The position numbers and the translations under genes are program-made. A stretch of DNA of 64,000 nucleotides from Octopus bimaculoides. Lineage: Eukaryota. The notes under the pieces are model-generated. The model made no database searches and was not told the DNA's origin. It worked only from the letters and a program-made list of their open reading frames with translations. Shown in pieces: positions 12,220-25,162 of the stretch (within the stretch, counting starts at the first letter, position 1; every line of letters starts with the position of its first letter). The stretch lies in assembly GCF_001194135.2 (NCBI RefSeq), contig NC_068995.1, positions 3,349,213-3,413,212 on the forward strand. The letters are read 5' to 3'.

Positions 12220-13229
12220 GTAAAGTGATTTGTCGAGAGAATGCTGTTGTTCATAGCTCTGTCAACCCCCAGACTGCTGGTGCTGGTAACGAAGACAATC
12301 TTTTACCTGAAGACCACAAAGATCACACCGTGCCAACAATTAGTGGAGTTTATGGTTCCTTCCCCAACACCAATATTACCGTCAACATCACACTGAGTCC
12401 GCAGGCCTTGATGGGGCAGGGTCCCATCACTGTAACGGCTAACACTGCTTCGTCATCTCATGAAGGTGGCGGTGGCAGTGGCACGCACAGGTCATCTGGC
12501 GGCAACAATGCTGCGGTCAGTGGGAGCAATTCTTTGCCAAATGGGATTCGCTGTGCCACTTCATCTTCTGCTACAACCACTACCATTGATCTTAGTCAAG
12601 CCGGACCATCAACTTCAAGAAGCAGCACCATTGCTGAAGATAGAATCCATGCCTTGGCAATTGGTAGCTTTTCACATTCCAAATCTCACAGTGCTCGTAC
12701 TTCTCAGCCAGGCGTGAAAGTTGTAGGTACAAACTGTAGTAGTAGTAGTAGTAATAGTACCAGCTATGAGCACTCCAACCAACCTGCATTCCCCATTCAT
12801 TTGGTTCCGAATAACGCTAGTTACGATGGCAGTGGTAGCAGCAAAAAGAGTCGTTTGGACATGACGGCTGTGTTGTCTGGACCGACTAACCTAACCAACT
12901 CCGGACAAGTTGAACACAATCAAAGTACAGAACGGTCGCGCTTTAAGCGGATTCTTCCCAAACCGAGCAACAATTACCTACGCAACCCTTCATCTGCTTC
13001 TCACCACGGCTTGGCAGCGAGCTCCACATCTTCTTCTTCCTCTTCTTCTTCCTTTAGACACAGTACTGGCAGCAGTCAGAATCGGTTGGCCTCAGCACCG
13101 TCGTCACTCAGCACTTCGGCCTTGACCGCAACCTCTTCCACGCAAAACCGCTACGTGTCCATGCCTTCGAAAGACGGACATTCTTCTTCGGAAAACTCGG
13201 TCATCTTCATAAAGCAGGACCCTGATTGA
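12220..13229 (+). CDS. Terminal coding exon, about 336 aa, Ser/Thr/Gly-rich low-complexity tail with RFKRILPKP and a terminal IKQDPD
   Basis: Very long polypyrimidine tract plus gcAG acceptor; about 1 kb stop-free at raised GC; frame matches the previous exon (G|GT = Gly); TGA at 13227-13229; followed by T-rich UTR-like sequence. Confidence 0.92.
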
Positions 13230-15039
13230 CTACAGAAGGCAGATGTATCCTCCAGTGACTGCTTCTCATCTCACAGTGCCATGACACTATTTCACCATAG
13301 TGTCCACCTACAGCAGTCACTTTATCTCTCTATACTAGTCAATTATTCTAGAGCACCACATTCTCTTTGCTGGTTGATTTTCTTTCTTCAAGTGGGGGAC
13401 ATCAATTATTATTATCATTATTATTATTATTATCATTATTATTATTATTATTATCATTATTATTATTACTACTATCTTTATTACTATCATTATCATTATT
13501 ATTATTATTCATTATCGTTGCTATTGGTTTTCATTATTTTCTTATTCCAACAATATTTACAGAGTCTGGTTTCCCCAAATTCTTCACAAGCTTCTCTAAT
13601 ATTCTCACAGATTTTTTTTTTGTCTTTTCTATTAAACGGAACGGAACATCGAAGCTTTTCAGTGAAGAATGGAAACTTTGTGAAAGAAATGTGTCTTAGT
13701 CACCTTTTTTTTTAATTTATTATTATTATTATTATTATTATTTGAAATTTCATTTTTACACAATCTCTTTCTATGATTTTATATTGTCTTCATAAAATAC
13801 CTGAGCACTTTAAGCTTTATCTTCCTCCAATCAGCAAAAAAAAAACAAAAAAGTGCTCCACAATTTAATTAAATTTAAATATTTTTTTTTTTTGCAAAAC
13901 GTTATTATAATAGCAACATATGCCTTTTTTTTTCCAAAAGAAAAAATATCATTCCAAATTGTTTTTGTTTTTTTTTTTTACCTTTTTATATTCAAAAATC
14001 GAGGAACTTGTTCCAAATCTTGAGTAAATGCCAAAAATTGGGAACACTGACAATTCCATGGGTTTGTCTGTTCCGATTTCTTTTTTTTTTTTACCAAACA
14101 ATGTGTACATAGACCAACAACATCTGCCTAGATATTAACACCTCGCCTATGTATATCTCGGCACCTCTCTGTGTTCACCATATTCCTTAAAATTAACTCA
14201 ATCTCATATAAACTACGTTCTTCTTATATTGTCTGTAACAATATTTTCCTTTACTTTCGTTCTGGTCACTGTCTTTTGCTGTTTTCGCCATCTTTTTTTT
14301 AAATAATTTCGTTCATATTTTTATTTAACTTAAATGTTTCTTTTCCTTTTTTTCTTTTAAATTTTTGTTGTTGTTATTGTTGATCAATTTTTAATATTTA
14401 AACAACATAGAATAATATATTATTATTATTATTAACATTACTATTATCATTACTATTATTATTATTATTAATATCGCAGACACATTCACTCCACTTGTAA
14501 CTGTTATTCCAAGTGGAATCAGACTCCACTTTGGACCCAGTTCCAGTAAAAACTAAATGCATGCCATTTTTAAGATACATACATACATATATCTATATAC
14601 ATATATGCATACACATTCGCACAAATATTGTGGATATATGTGTAAATATCTATGTATATTTCTATATATGTATATATATATATATAATATGTATGTCTGT
14701 GAAAAACTCTAATGGCAACAGAACCAGTTGTGTAAGAAAGACGAGTCCTAGTTTGTGAAAGAGGGCTTAGAATGGTTGTAATTTATAATCCTTCCTCGTA
14801 CCTTTTTTTTTTTATTCTTTATTCCTTGGTCTGTGCTATTCACTGACCACTTTTCTGACCACTGTCACATATCTCTAATCACCGAATAGTAATAATAAGA
14901 ACTATTATATTTCTGTCACTGCGAACCCATCACTCACCGCAACCAGCAGCTTATACACGCGCACACACACACGTAAATATATATACACACATATACATAT
15001 GGGTATATATATATATATATACACACATATACATATGGG

Positions 15040-15081
<42 letters not shown>

Positions 15082-15278
15082 TACATACATGTACATGTGT
15101 ATATATATACATACTCATACATATTTACACAAGCATACATATATATATGTATATACACGCACATTCACACACGTGTGTAAACACTCACATACATATGTGT
15201 GTGTGTGTGTTTATATAAATATATGTATATAAATGCATATATATGTGATCATTATATGTGTGTGCACGCGCACATGTA

Positions 15279-15333
<55 letters not shown>

Positions 15334-15551
15334 ACCATTTCGAGCGTGGCCGTTTTCGTGCGGGTGACACGTAAAAGCACCCACTACACTCTCTGAGTGG
15401 TTGGCGTTAGGGAGGGCATCCAGCTGTAGAAACTCTGCCAAATCAGACTGGAGCCTGGTGTTGCCATCCGGTTTCACCAGCCCTCAGTCAAATCGTCCAA
15501 CCCATGCTAGCATGGAAAGCGGACGTTAAACGATGATGATGATGATACACT

Positions 15552-15599
<48 letters not shown>

Positions 15600-16269
15600 T
15601 ATATATATGATGGTTCTTGCTTTCATAACACTGATGCTATATTAAGGGAATTTTAACAACAACAACTATTAGCCTAAATTAACTAACGAGTGCCTTTTAA
15701 ATTCACAACGTTGTTATTTCCAGTTGACATGTAGGACGAGTAGGTTTTCTTCTTCATTCTCCTACATGTGTGACTCTTCTGCCTACATGTGTCTTTTTTT
15801 TGTCAATTTTTCTACTACGTATGTAGAACTTAAACTACTTAAGTACACTTTTTTTTTTATATATATATACATATATATATATCCTCCGTTGTGGATAGTT
15901 GTGAATATCAAATAGCTGTCGATTATTTCTCTAGCTACCTTTATCCCATTTATACATACATACGTATATATATATACATATATATTGTATCTCTTGTTTT
16001 GAAAAAAACAGAAAAAGGAAGAAAAAGACACATACACACACACAAAAAATAAAAGAGATAAAAAAAAAACAACCAACCAACCAACTTTGCTACATTTACT
16101 TTAAATGTTTTTCCCTTCTTATTCTACGAAAACAAAACAAAAAAATATATACCAACCAAACAAGCAAAAAAAAAACCAGACAAAATTAGCAAACAAACAA
16201 AAACCTTTGAATTTACCATCAACTTCACAATTTTTATTCAAATTCACTGCATTACTATTATTATTATTA

Positions 16270-16307
<38 letters not shown>

Positions 16308-16906
16308 CTACTCCCTCCTCACCAACTTCGCCTTTTGCTCTGCTATGGGATTGCTTTCTTCTTTTTCTTTCAGGTCGGCAAACATCTTCTGCCTTCACTG
16401 AATCATAAAACAATTTCTCTCTCTCCTCTCTCTCCTCTCTCTCTCTCTCTCAGCACCACATTTTGGTCGGTGCTGCTCTCTTTCTCTCTCTCTCTCTCTC
16501 ATTTTGTTTACCATTCTCTGGTTGTGATGTACCCCTCACCCACCCATCAAAAATGAAACCACTGCGTCTTCACTCAAATACCCTTTTTTTTTTCTGTAAA
16601 AATGTTTGTAAATGTTCTTCATATCATGGATTCCTATCTCAATATTTACCATCTCCAAGTGATTTTCTATGCCACTCCACTTAGAAAATCACTTGGATTG
16701 TCAACCTTTGAGACAATAATCACAGTTAATTTGCTTGTTTTCCCCACTTTGTTCTCCCTGCTGGTCTGCTTCACCATTCCATGTCTTCTGTCTGTTTGGA
16801 CCAGCAGTATGTCTTACTAAACACTGCTACCAGTATATGGCAACAGATATTAAAATGTTTAACAGTTGTAATTTCTCTTCATTATTATTATTATTATTAT
16901 TATTTT

Positions 16907-17360
16907 AGGTAACGAGCTGGCACAGTCGTTAGCATGCCGGGCGAAATGCTTAGTGGTATTTTTGTCAGTCGCTATGTTCTGAGTTCAAATTCCGCCGAGG
17001 TCGACTTTGCCTTTCCTCCTTTTGGGGTTGATAAATTAAGTACCAGTTGAACACTGGGGTCGATGTAATTGGCTCGTCCCCTCCCCCAAAATTACTGCCC
17101 TTGTGGAAAAAATTTGAAACCATTATCATCATTATTATTATTATTATTAAGGTGGCAGGCTGGTGGAACCGTTAGCATGCCAGGCAAAATGCTTAACAGT
17201 ATTTCGTTCTGAGTTCAAATTCCACTGAGCTTTACCTTTCATCCTTTTGGGATTGATAAATTAAGTACTGATGAAATACTGGGGGAGAGGGGGTGTCGAT
17301 GTAATCGACTTGCCCCCTCCCTTCAAATTTCAGGCATTGTGCCTATAGTAGAAAGGATTA
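16907..17360 (+). mobile_element. Two tandem family-A SINEs separated by (ATT)n
   Basis: Both carry ctgagttcaaattcc..tttcatccttt..gataaattaagtac..gtcgatgtaat. Confidence 0.85.
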
Positions 17361-17521
17361 TTAGTTATTAATAGGATATTGCAGACAGATATTGTGTTGT
17401 TTTAACAACCCCAGGATCAAAGGGGTCTCTTTTGATTCTTTCATCAGCTATGGTCTTTAGGGCTCTTTTTTTAGGGTCCTTGTAGTTTCTAGTAATATAG
17501 TTTCCTGTCAGAGTTTATTAC

Positions 17522-17565
<44 letters not shown>

Positions 17566-18694
17566 GGAAGTGTGTATGTGCTTGTGAGAGTTTCAGATGA
17601 ATGTTTTCACCACTCGTTAGAGAAGAGCTGTTTCTGTTTGTGGTTTGTTTGTGAAAAGTCAGGTTTTTGCAAACCATTCTTTTGCTAAATTCCATTTTGG
17701 AATTTGAATTTATTTATTAGATTTCATAATTTGCCAAAAATGACTCCCATCCGGGGGTTTATTTAATGATAAAGCGAAGAGAGCTTTCGGTGAGATTTCA
17801 ACGACATGATTGAATGACATTGTGGGGTCGGTGTGAGAGGTCAGATCTGGCCAATAAAATACCAAATTAATATTTTATTTTGAAAAATTTATGCAAAACA
17901 CAAAGAGGAAAAAAAATTAAAACCTGTTGATCTTTATTTTGGTAGAAGAGAAATTTTATTCTTAAATCTCAACTTTTTTCTATTTTCTAAATGTTTAGAC
18001 CAGTTGAAATGACAGAATATTCTACAGAATTGGTTAGGATTGCTTCTTTTAGAGTCTTTGTTTATACCAGTATCTCTATGTTAAAAGTGGGCCCTGGACT
18101 CTTATATAATATATATATATCTGGTGGTGGGGGTACTGGGGTGAGGGATTTATTCATTGCAGACTGAGTTAGTAGATAAGACAACAGTCGGAACGAACTT
18201 GTTTAATTACACTGAGATAAATCTCGTTAATTAATTAGTAGTCAATTTGTTTAAGTGTAGTGTTTTTAATTAGCTGACTAAAGCTTTAGTTAATTAGACA
18301 CATGATTGAGTATTTCACTTTAATAAATTAATCCAATCATTTTCACTTTTCAATCTCTGTTGAGATCTTGGATCTGTTTAGGGAACATTCTGGTCCAGGA
18401 TGTAGACTTAGACAAAGATTTTGTTTTCTTTTTTTTTTTAATGGTAGTCTCATTAATTGTCAGATATTCAAGTCTTCCCTCTACATATAATGAATATTGC
18501 CCAAGAGAAAGTTGAAAGCATCGTTGCATGCTTTGTTTATAGAATTCCAAGAACTAGAACAGATGCCAAAGAGCATCTCACCTGATGCTCTAGTAATTAT
18601 ACCAACCCTCCGCACTTAGGCATAGCACTGCATTTATTCACCCCAGAAAGGAATAAAAGCAAAAGTGACCTTTGCTGGAATTGAACTCAGTGTG

Positions 18695-18895
18695 CCCTTT
18701 TGTTACCATATTCCTTTTGGAATACACTGCCTTCCTTCCAGTCAGTTTTGGAATGAAGAATTTAGTAAAATAACATCCTTGATAAGCTGATGTTTAGAAT
18801 ATGAACCAACACGAAATTCTAATAGAAGCCTTTAGTTTAAAACAAGGTGTTTATATCACAGATCCAAGAGCAGCGGTGGGTATTAAAAGGGTTAA
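18695..18895 (+). mobile_element. Second CCCTTT..AAAGGG/TTAA MITE family (related copies near 30560-30930 and 44900-45090)
   Basis: cccttttgttaccata start and aaaaggg|ttaa end; the shared core gaagaatttagtaaaataac recurs at the other loci. Confidence 0.6.
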
Positions 18896-19056
18896 ACTTT
18901 ATCCTATATATATTTCTTTTGCCTTGATAAAATGTGATCAACAGTGATTATGTGTAAGACTTCTCTCCATAGTTCATTTAATAGAAGCTAGACCTTATGA
19001 ATGCCATTTCCCCCTTTTTTTTCCCTATTTTTATAAAATTACTCTTTCGTCCCTCA

Positions 19057-19241
19057 ATAACCTTTTAGCATCCATATTACTCTGTCAAATGTAATGCTTA
19101 TTTATTCCACATTGTTTTGAATTAATCTTGCATTATCTTGTAGCTTTGAGATTTTGACGATGTGATTGTCTATTTTTAGAATAACATTGTAGGGTAACTG
19201 TAAGAGGCCAGATATGGTTAGTTCACATGCTAAAGAGTTAA
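19057..19241 (-). mobile_element. piggyBac-like MITE copy (shortened)
   Basis: ccttttagcat..atgctaaagag|ttaa; reverse-complement homology to 45691-45921. Confidence 0.65.
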
Positions 19242-19837
19242 ATTGTTAAAACCCATTTCTGCAACATTAATTAATGTCAGAAATAATTACTTAATTGTTC
19301 TTATTTTATATTTTAAATCTAATAGCAAAATTTTTTTTTATGCCTTGCTTGCAATCTTCTCTGTTTAGAGGTCTTCTGTGTATTTTGCAGTTAAGTGATT
19401 GTCTCTAGGTAGGGAGAGTTGGTAGGCAGGTGGATCTAATGATGGTTTGGAAGTTGGCTAGTTCAGTGATAATATCTTTTATACAGAATTGTAAAATATG
19501 TGACCAGGATTCTGTAAGATTCTCATGTAGAATTCTTCTAGAATGGTGAATAATATATACAAGTGCATGTGTGTGTGTGTGTATGTATATATATATATAT
19601 ATAGTTGTATGTTGTATATTTAAAGATGGGGTATTTTTATGCAAATTAAAATAGGTTTCATTTCACTCTATGGCATAAATGCCTTGTCTTTGGGTGGGGT
19701 GAATGTAGGTAGCAATGTGAAATGGAATAATGGAATGGTTTGACTTGGAATGGAAACCATTTCTCAGCTTGTCTCATTGAGAGAATTTTTACATAATACC
19801 AAACACCAAAAATTTGGTTTCATTTGTGTGTAATATC

Positions 19838-19875
<38 letters not shown>

Positions 19876-20329
19876 AACCTATCTATCTATCTATCTATCT
19901 ATCAAACCTTCACACTTTGTATATAGATTTGTACGTATGTGTGTATATATACATATATATATCTCCGTTTGTATACATACACACACATACATGTATTTAT
20001 ACTTTCTACAAACATTCCTTGTATTTCCAATGTTTTTGTTACATGAAACAATTTTAATTCTTAACTTGGAACTATCTTAAAGACAATCTTTCCAAGAATA
20101 GATTGCTGAATTCTGTAAGAAAATAAAAATAGTCGCTTTACACATGCACGCGCAGCAGATGTGTGCGTGTAAAGAATTGTGTGTTTACTTCATTTATGTA
20201 ATTAACAGGAAGAAACTAATTGAGAAATTCTATGGGTAAAATTTTTTATCAAGTCAGGATGGTTGTTAAAATTGCAAACATTGGGCCTTTGAACCTGTTA
20301 TGGTATGTGTGTAGGTATGTATGTGTGTC

Positions 20330-20380
<51 letters not shown>

Positions 20381-20385
<5 letters not shown>

Positions 20386-20619
20386 GGTTGTTCAAAAAGT
20401 CTCTCCGCAGTAAGTATTTAATAGAATTCGGGTGATTCTTGTACCCTGATCCTTTACTTGCTCCGCAGAAAAAAAAAGTCTGGCGGTGTTAAATCAGGTG
20501 ATCTTGGTGGCCAAAGTCCCTTTGAAATAATCCGTTCACCGAAAAACTTTTGAAGTAGCGCCATGGTGATGCACAGGATGAAAAAAATTCACTGCTGAGA
20601 AACTTTTTGAATACCCTAT
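20381..20619 (-). mobile_element. Internally deleted Tc1/mariner element
   Basis: TIRs caggttgttcaaaaagtctctccgcagt and actgctgagaaactttttgaataccct in a TA context; the internal minus frame gives WPPRSPDLTPPDFF, the transposase third-Asp motif. Confidence 0.85.
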
Positions 20620-20675
20620 ATATGTATATGTGTATATACATACATACATACATATATATATATACACGCACACTT

Positions 20676-20814
20676 TATTTGTGGGTTAACAAGGCAACCA
20701 ATGGTTTCATGTGAAGAGGTCTTCACAATTGTTTAAGCATACCACATGGAAGTGTTGGTATTCCTTTCCGTTTTGGCTGGGGATACCATTGATAGCCCTG
20801 TTAATCCACAAATA
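20676..20814. mobile_element. Small MITE-like element with imperfect TIRs of about 30 bp
   Basis: tatttgtgggttaacaaggc versus reverse complement tatttgtggattaacagggc (2 mismatches in 20), extending inward to aatggt. Confidence 0.55.
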
Positions 20815-23406
20815 CAGAATATTTATCCACCAATTTCAGTGTTAAGCACTCATTCTCGGTATTGAATATTAGCATATATTCACACATACGTATGTATGTA
20901 TCTACTAGGATTTATCGAATGCCATTATGTGTCTGCCCATATTCTCTACATGGACTACAATTATTCCAATTATTGTTGTTAATAATATTGTACATACTCG
21001 AAACACTGAGCCAGGTTGTTATTACAAATCCTGTCTCAAATTTGAACACATTCTAAAAACAAATTTTTTTTTTTTTGTAAATCTTTTCTTTTTTTTTTTC
21101 TGCTCTTATGCCACAATGGTTTGGTATGGTATGTCTTTGAAGCAACCAGTTCCTCATAACACTGGCAGGTCTTACTGGAAAAAAAAAAGTGCCAACTTTA
21201 TTTTCTCATCACAACATCTCAAAGAACTTTGGTCTTCAATGTCTCACCCCACTCCCCATTTTTTTGCGATAAATTTTTATTCTTTTCCTTTTTTTTTCCT
21301 CCATCTCTGCAAAAGTAAATCCGATTCTTTATTTCTCATAATCTCACTCGTTTCCTACTTTCTCTGTCTCTTCGATTCTCTTATAGTGATCCTCCACTCC
21401 AATTCCTCCACGTCTTTAGATATATGGTTCACAGGTTCTCATAGAATTTCTAGCTACCGTTCTGTAGCAGAAGATATCAACCTTGTTCTTCTGCTTTCAA
21501 TATTTACCAACAAAAACTGTTTTAAATATAAAAGGAATTTTTTTTTCTGTTTTCTTTTTGAGAATATTTACAATTTTCTCTCACTAACCTAAGAATTTAA
21601 TTTGCCATTAGTGCATTTACTCGCAGGAATCTGGTTCTGTATTTAGTTGATGTTATTCAAGAACTGGTTCCTGTGCAGTGGTCTTTGCTGATCACGTGAC
21701 ACTGGTTACTTCCTCCATCAATTGTCACTGCTACGGTTGTGCTTAAACACAAAAACAAATTGAACAACTTTCAGTTTAAATAATAGTTTGTTGTTTCTGG
21801 AAAAAAACACTGAATATTTTCCAAATTACGTGGTTATGTTAATATTAAAAAAAAAAGAAAATTATATATATGTATAGTATATATATATACGTGCCTTATT
21901 TTTTTAACAATAACCCCCACCCCTTTCCCTCCTATTCTTCTCATCATCTTGAGAATACAAAATGAATGTTTGAAACATTTATTTCTCCGACTTCCTGAGT
22001 CTTCTTTGACTCTTATTTAATCACAGTTTGGAAACATTTAAAAATCCTCAAGGACTTTCAAAAAAAAAACCTGTTGAATAATTCTTCCTCGTCTTTGATT
22101 AAACCTTCTCTCTTTGTCTCTCTCCCTCTATTATCTTCTTTCTTTTTTTTTTTTTTTTGGCAGTTTGGACAACCCTTTCTCTCTGTCTTTCTCTTTCACA
22201 GCCTTCTTCCTGGCACATGCTTTCTTCTATAATTTCAATGTGTTTACTTACCTAGATTTTGAACTCACTACCTTTTAGTTTATATAACTGCTGTACTATC
22301 AACTCTTCTTGTACAAACACTCTTTCCTTGCATTTTTTTTTTTACGTTCTTAATTTTGTTTTCTTGTTTCCTTCTCTTTTTGAAATTCTCAAAATTTTTG
22401 ATTTCCTAATGAAATTTTAAAACCAGTGAAAAAAACTTTGAAATTCTTTAAATGAAAAAAAAAAAAAAAAACACATTTGACAGAAAGACAAAATTCTGCT
22501 AAAAACTGGACCCATTTCCCCCTAAGTTTTTTCTTTTATTTTTTTCCCTCTTGTTCAACCCCTTTTTCCACCCCCACCCTTCATACATTTGCATCCGCCT
22601 CTTTTATGCTAGTAAGAATGAGAAAACATCATCAAATATGTGTTGTTATTTTTTTTTCCCCCTTTTTATTTATGAAACATGGCAAGTGTGATGTTTATAT
22701 TAACACAATATACTTTTGCAATTTTAATGTACACACGTCTCCGCCAAACGACGAAGACCATTTTTTCGAGAGCCATTCCTAGTCTTTAAGACTAATGCTT
22801 TTAACACTTAATTTATTCTAAACAGGGACTTCTATTTTTCTCTTTATTAAGGGTTCACTTTACCTTTCAACCCTTGCCAGGGTTGGTAAAAATAAAGTAC
22901 CAGTCACATACTGGGATCAAGGATGTTTGACTATCCTCCTTCCTTCAAATTTACTGGCCTTGTATCTAAATCAGAAACAATTATTATTATTATTATCAAT
23001 ATTATTATTGTATTATTAATATTATTATAATTATTATTATCTTATTATTATTAATATTATTATTTTGGTAGGTGGGTGTATAGTAATTTGTTGCCTTGTT
23101 TAATCTAAATAATTTATTTGGTAATTTATTACCAAACAGTGATTTTTTAAAATTGTTTTTTTTAAAAAGTACTCTAGTGATTCTTTCCCTCATGAAACCA
23201 AACTCTCTCTCTCTTTCTCCTTCCCTGTCTTCTTATCCCAGAGTATTGTAAGTTTGAATTCAGAAAGACAATCTGTTAGTCACCATTTACAATCTTTCAT
23301 TTTATGTATTTATCATTGTTCCCTTAGCAAAAACATTTAATTGCCCCATTTCCTTCATTTTTTTTTTAAGGTATTATTATTATTATTATCATTATTATTA
23401 TTATAA

Positions 23407-24180
23407 AGGTGGTAGATTGGCAGAATCGTTAGCGAAATGCTTAGTGACATTCCATCTGTCTTTACATTCTAAGTTCAAATTTTGCCGAGGTCGACTTTGC
23501 CTTTCATCCTTTCGGGGCCGATGAATTGAGTACCAGTTGCGTACTGGGGTTAATTTAATTGACTGGTCCCCTCCCCCAAAATTTCAGGCCTTGTGCCTAT
23601 AGTGGAAAAGGTTATTGTTGTCATTATTATTATTATTATTATTATTATTAAGAGAATGAGCTGGCAGAATCGTTTGCATTCTGGACCAAATGCTTAGCAG
23701 CATTTTGCTCATCTTTACATTCTGAGTTCAAATCCCGCTAAGAGCAACTTTGCCTTTCATCATTTTAAGGTGAATGTGACTGACGATCCCCAACTTACCC
23801 AAAAATTGCTGGCCTTGAGCCAAAATTAGAACAAATTATTATTATTATTATTATCATTATTATTAATTATGGGTTGTGATTTGTTAGAATTGTTGGAGCA
23901 TTGGACAAAATATTTTTTGGTATTCCAGTTCTCTCTGTTCTGATTAAAGGCAGTGAGCTGGCAGAACTGTTGGCACCTGGGAGAAAATACCTTGTAGTAT
24001 TTCTTCCAACCCCTTAATGTTTTGAATTCATCCCACTGGGATTCTATTTTGCCTTTCATCCTTTCCGGGTCGACAAAATTAAGTATAAGTCTTGCACTGG
24101 GAGGTGGGGTGAGGGGGCAATGTAATGAACTAAACCCCTCCCTCTATAATTGCTGGCCTTGTACCAAAATTAGAGCAAAT
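23407..24180 (+). mobile_element. Three tandem family-A SINEs with (ATT)n spacers
   Basis: Repeated ggcagaatcgtt..gagttcaaat..ctttgcctttcatc cores near 23410, 23655 and 23950. Confidence 0.85.
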
Positions 24181-24564
24181 TATTATTATTATTATTATCA
24201 GATTTTCAGGCCTTGTGCCTATAGAAGAAATGATTATATGGAACTTTATAGAAATATAACAGAAACTATAATAATAATAATAATAATGGTGGTGATGATG
24301 TTTATGGTAAAATAAAAACAGACATCATTAATGTTTAATTTCTTTACACTGTACTTTCCTTATAAACAATATGGTTTATTAACACCATTAACTAATTAGT
24401 TTTGTTAATTAATCTACATTTAGTAACTTACATTTATTAACATTTATCTAGGTTTTCAATCAAATGTTACATTTTAACTGCTCACCCCCACCCGCCTTTC
24501 TATTAATAATTAACAGTTGTAATTATATCAAGTGATTGGGACATCATTAAAAAATTCCTCAATA

Positions 24565-24718
24565 TCAGAGGTCTTTTCTTGTCCCTTTTCTCCAGGCCCT
24601 TTTCTTATGAGGATTTGAGCTCTGGCGCCTTCCACTCATAGTTGTGAACTGTCCCCACTGACGTTCATATTCGGTGTAACTCTGGTAACGAGGGGTCAAG
24701 CCTTCAAACTGGTAGTCT
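24565..24718 (-). CDS. Candidate orphan terminal exon: DYQFEGLTPRYQSYTEYERQWGQFTTMSGRRQSSNPHKKRAWRKGTRKDL*
   Basis: tgtgttacacttcAG acceptor, 50 open codons at raised GC in AT-rich context, minus-strand AATAAA at 24433-24438 and 24375-24380. No homology recognised. Confidence 0.3.
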
Positions 24719-25118
24719 CTGAAGTGTAACACAATTGGTAAAAACTACTAATGGAACCAGCATGCCATTCTTTTGTTCTTTCTCTGTCTGTGATTCTAAT
24801 GATATCAAGGGAACCATTCCTCTGCAATCTGAGTGATATCTCTTTTGAAATGCCATAAAATTTCAATGATTTTTTTTTAAACGTTGTGAGTTTTATATCT
24901 ACTTAAAATCCTATTTGTTAGCCCCCCCCCACCTTCTCTCAACCAATAGTTTGCTATTAACTTCCAAACCACAATGTCTGTGAATATATATATATATATA
25001 TCTATATATATATGTATTTATACACAAAATTATATAAAGTGTAAAAATTTTTGTTTTTACAAAGAGAATGTTAATGTTGATTTTGAAGGTTTGGCGTACT
25101 AGCTCTCAACTAATTTAC

Positions 25119-25162
25119 ATAGTCTGATGACGGCTAGAGAGCCAAAACTTCGAAGTCACTGT
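25119..25162 (+). ncRNA. Minimal type-I hammerhead with a single core lesion (G12 to A)
   Basis: AGT-CTGATGA-C-GGCT-agag-AGCC-(A)AAAC-TTCGAA-GTC-ACT: palindromic stem III ACTTCGAAGT, GUC site, stem I AGT/ACT. Confidence 0.75.
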
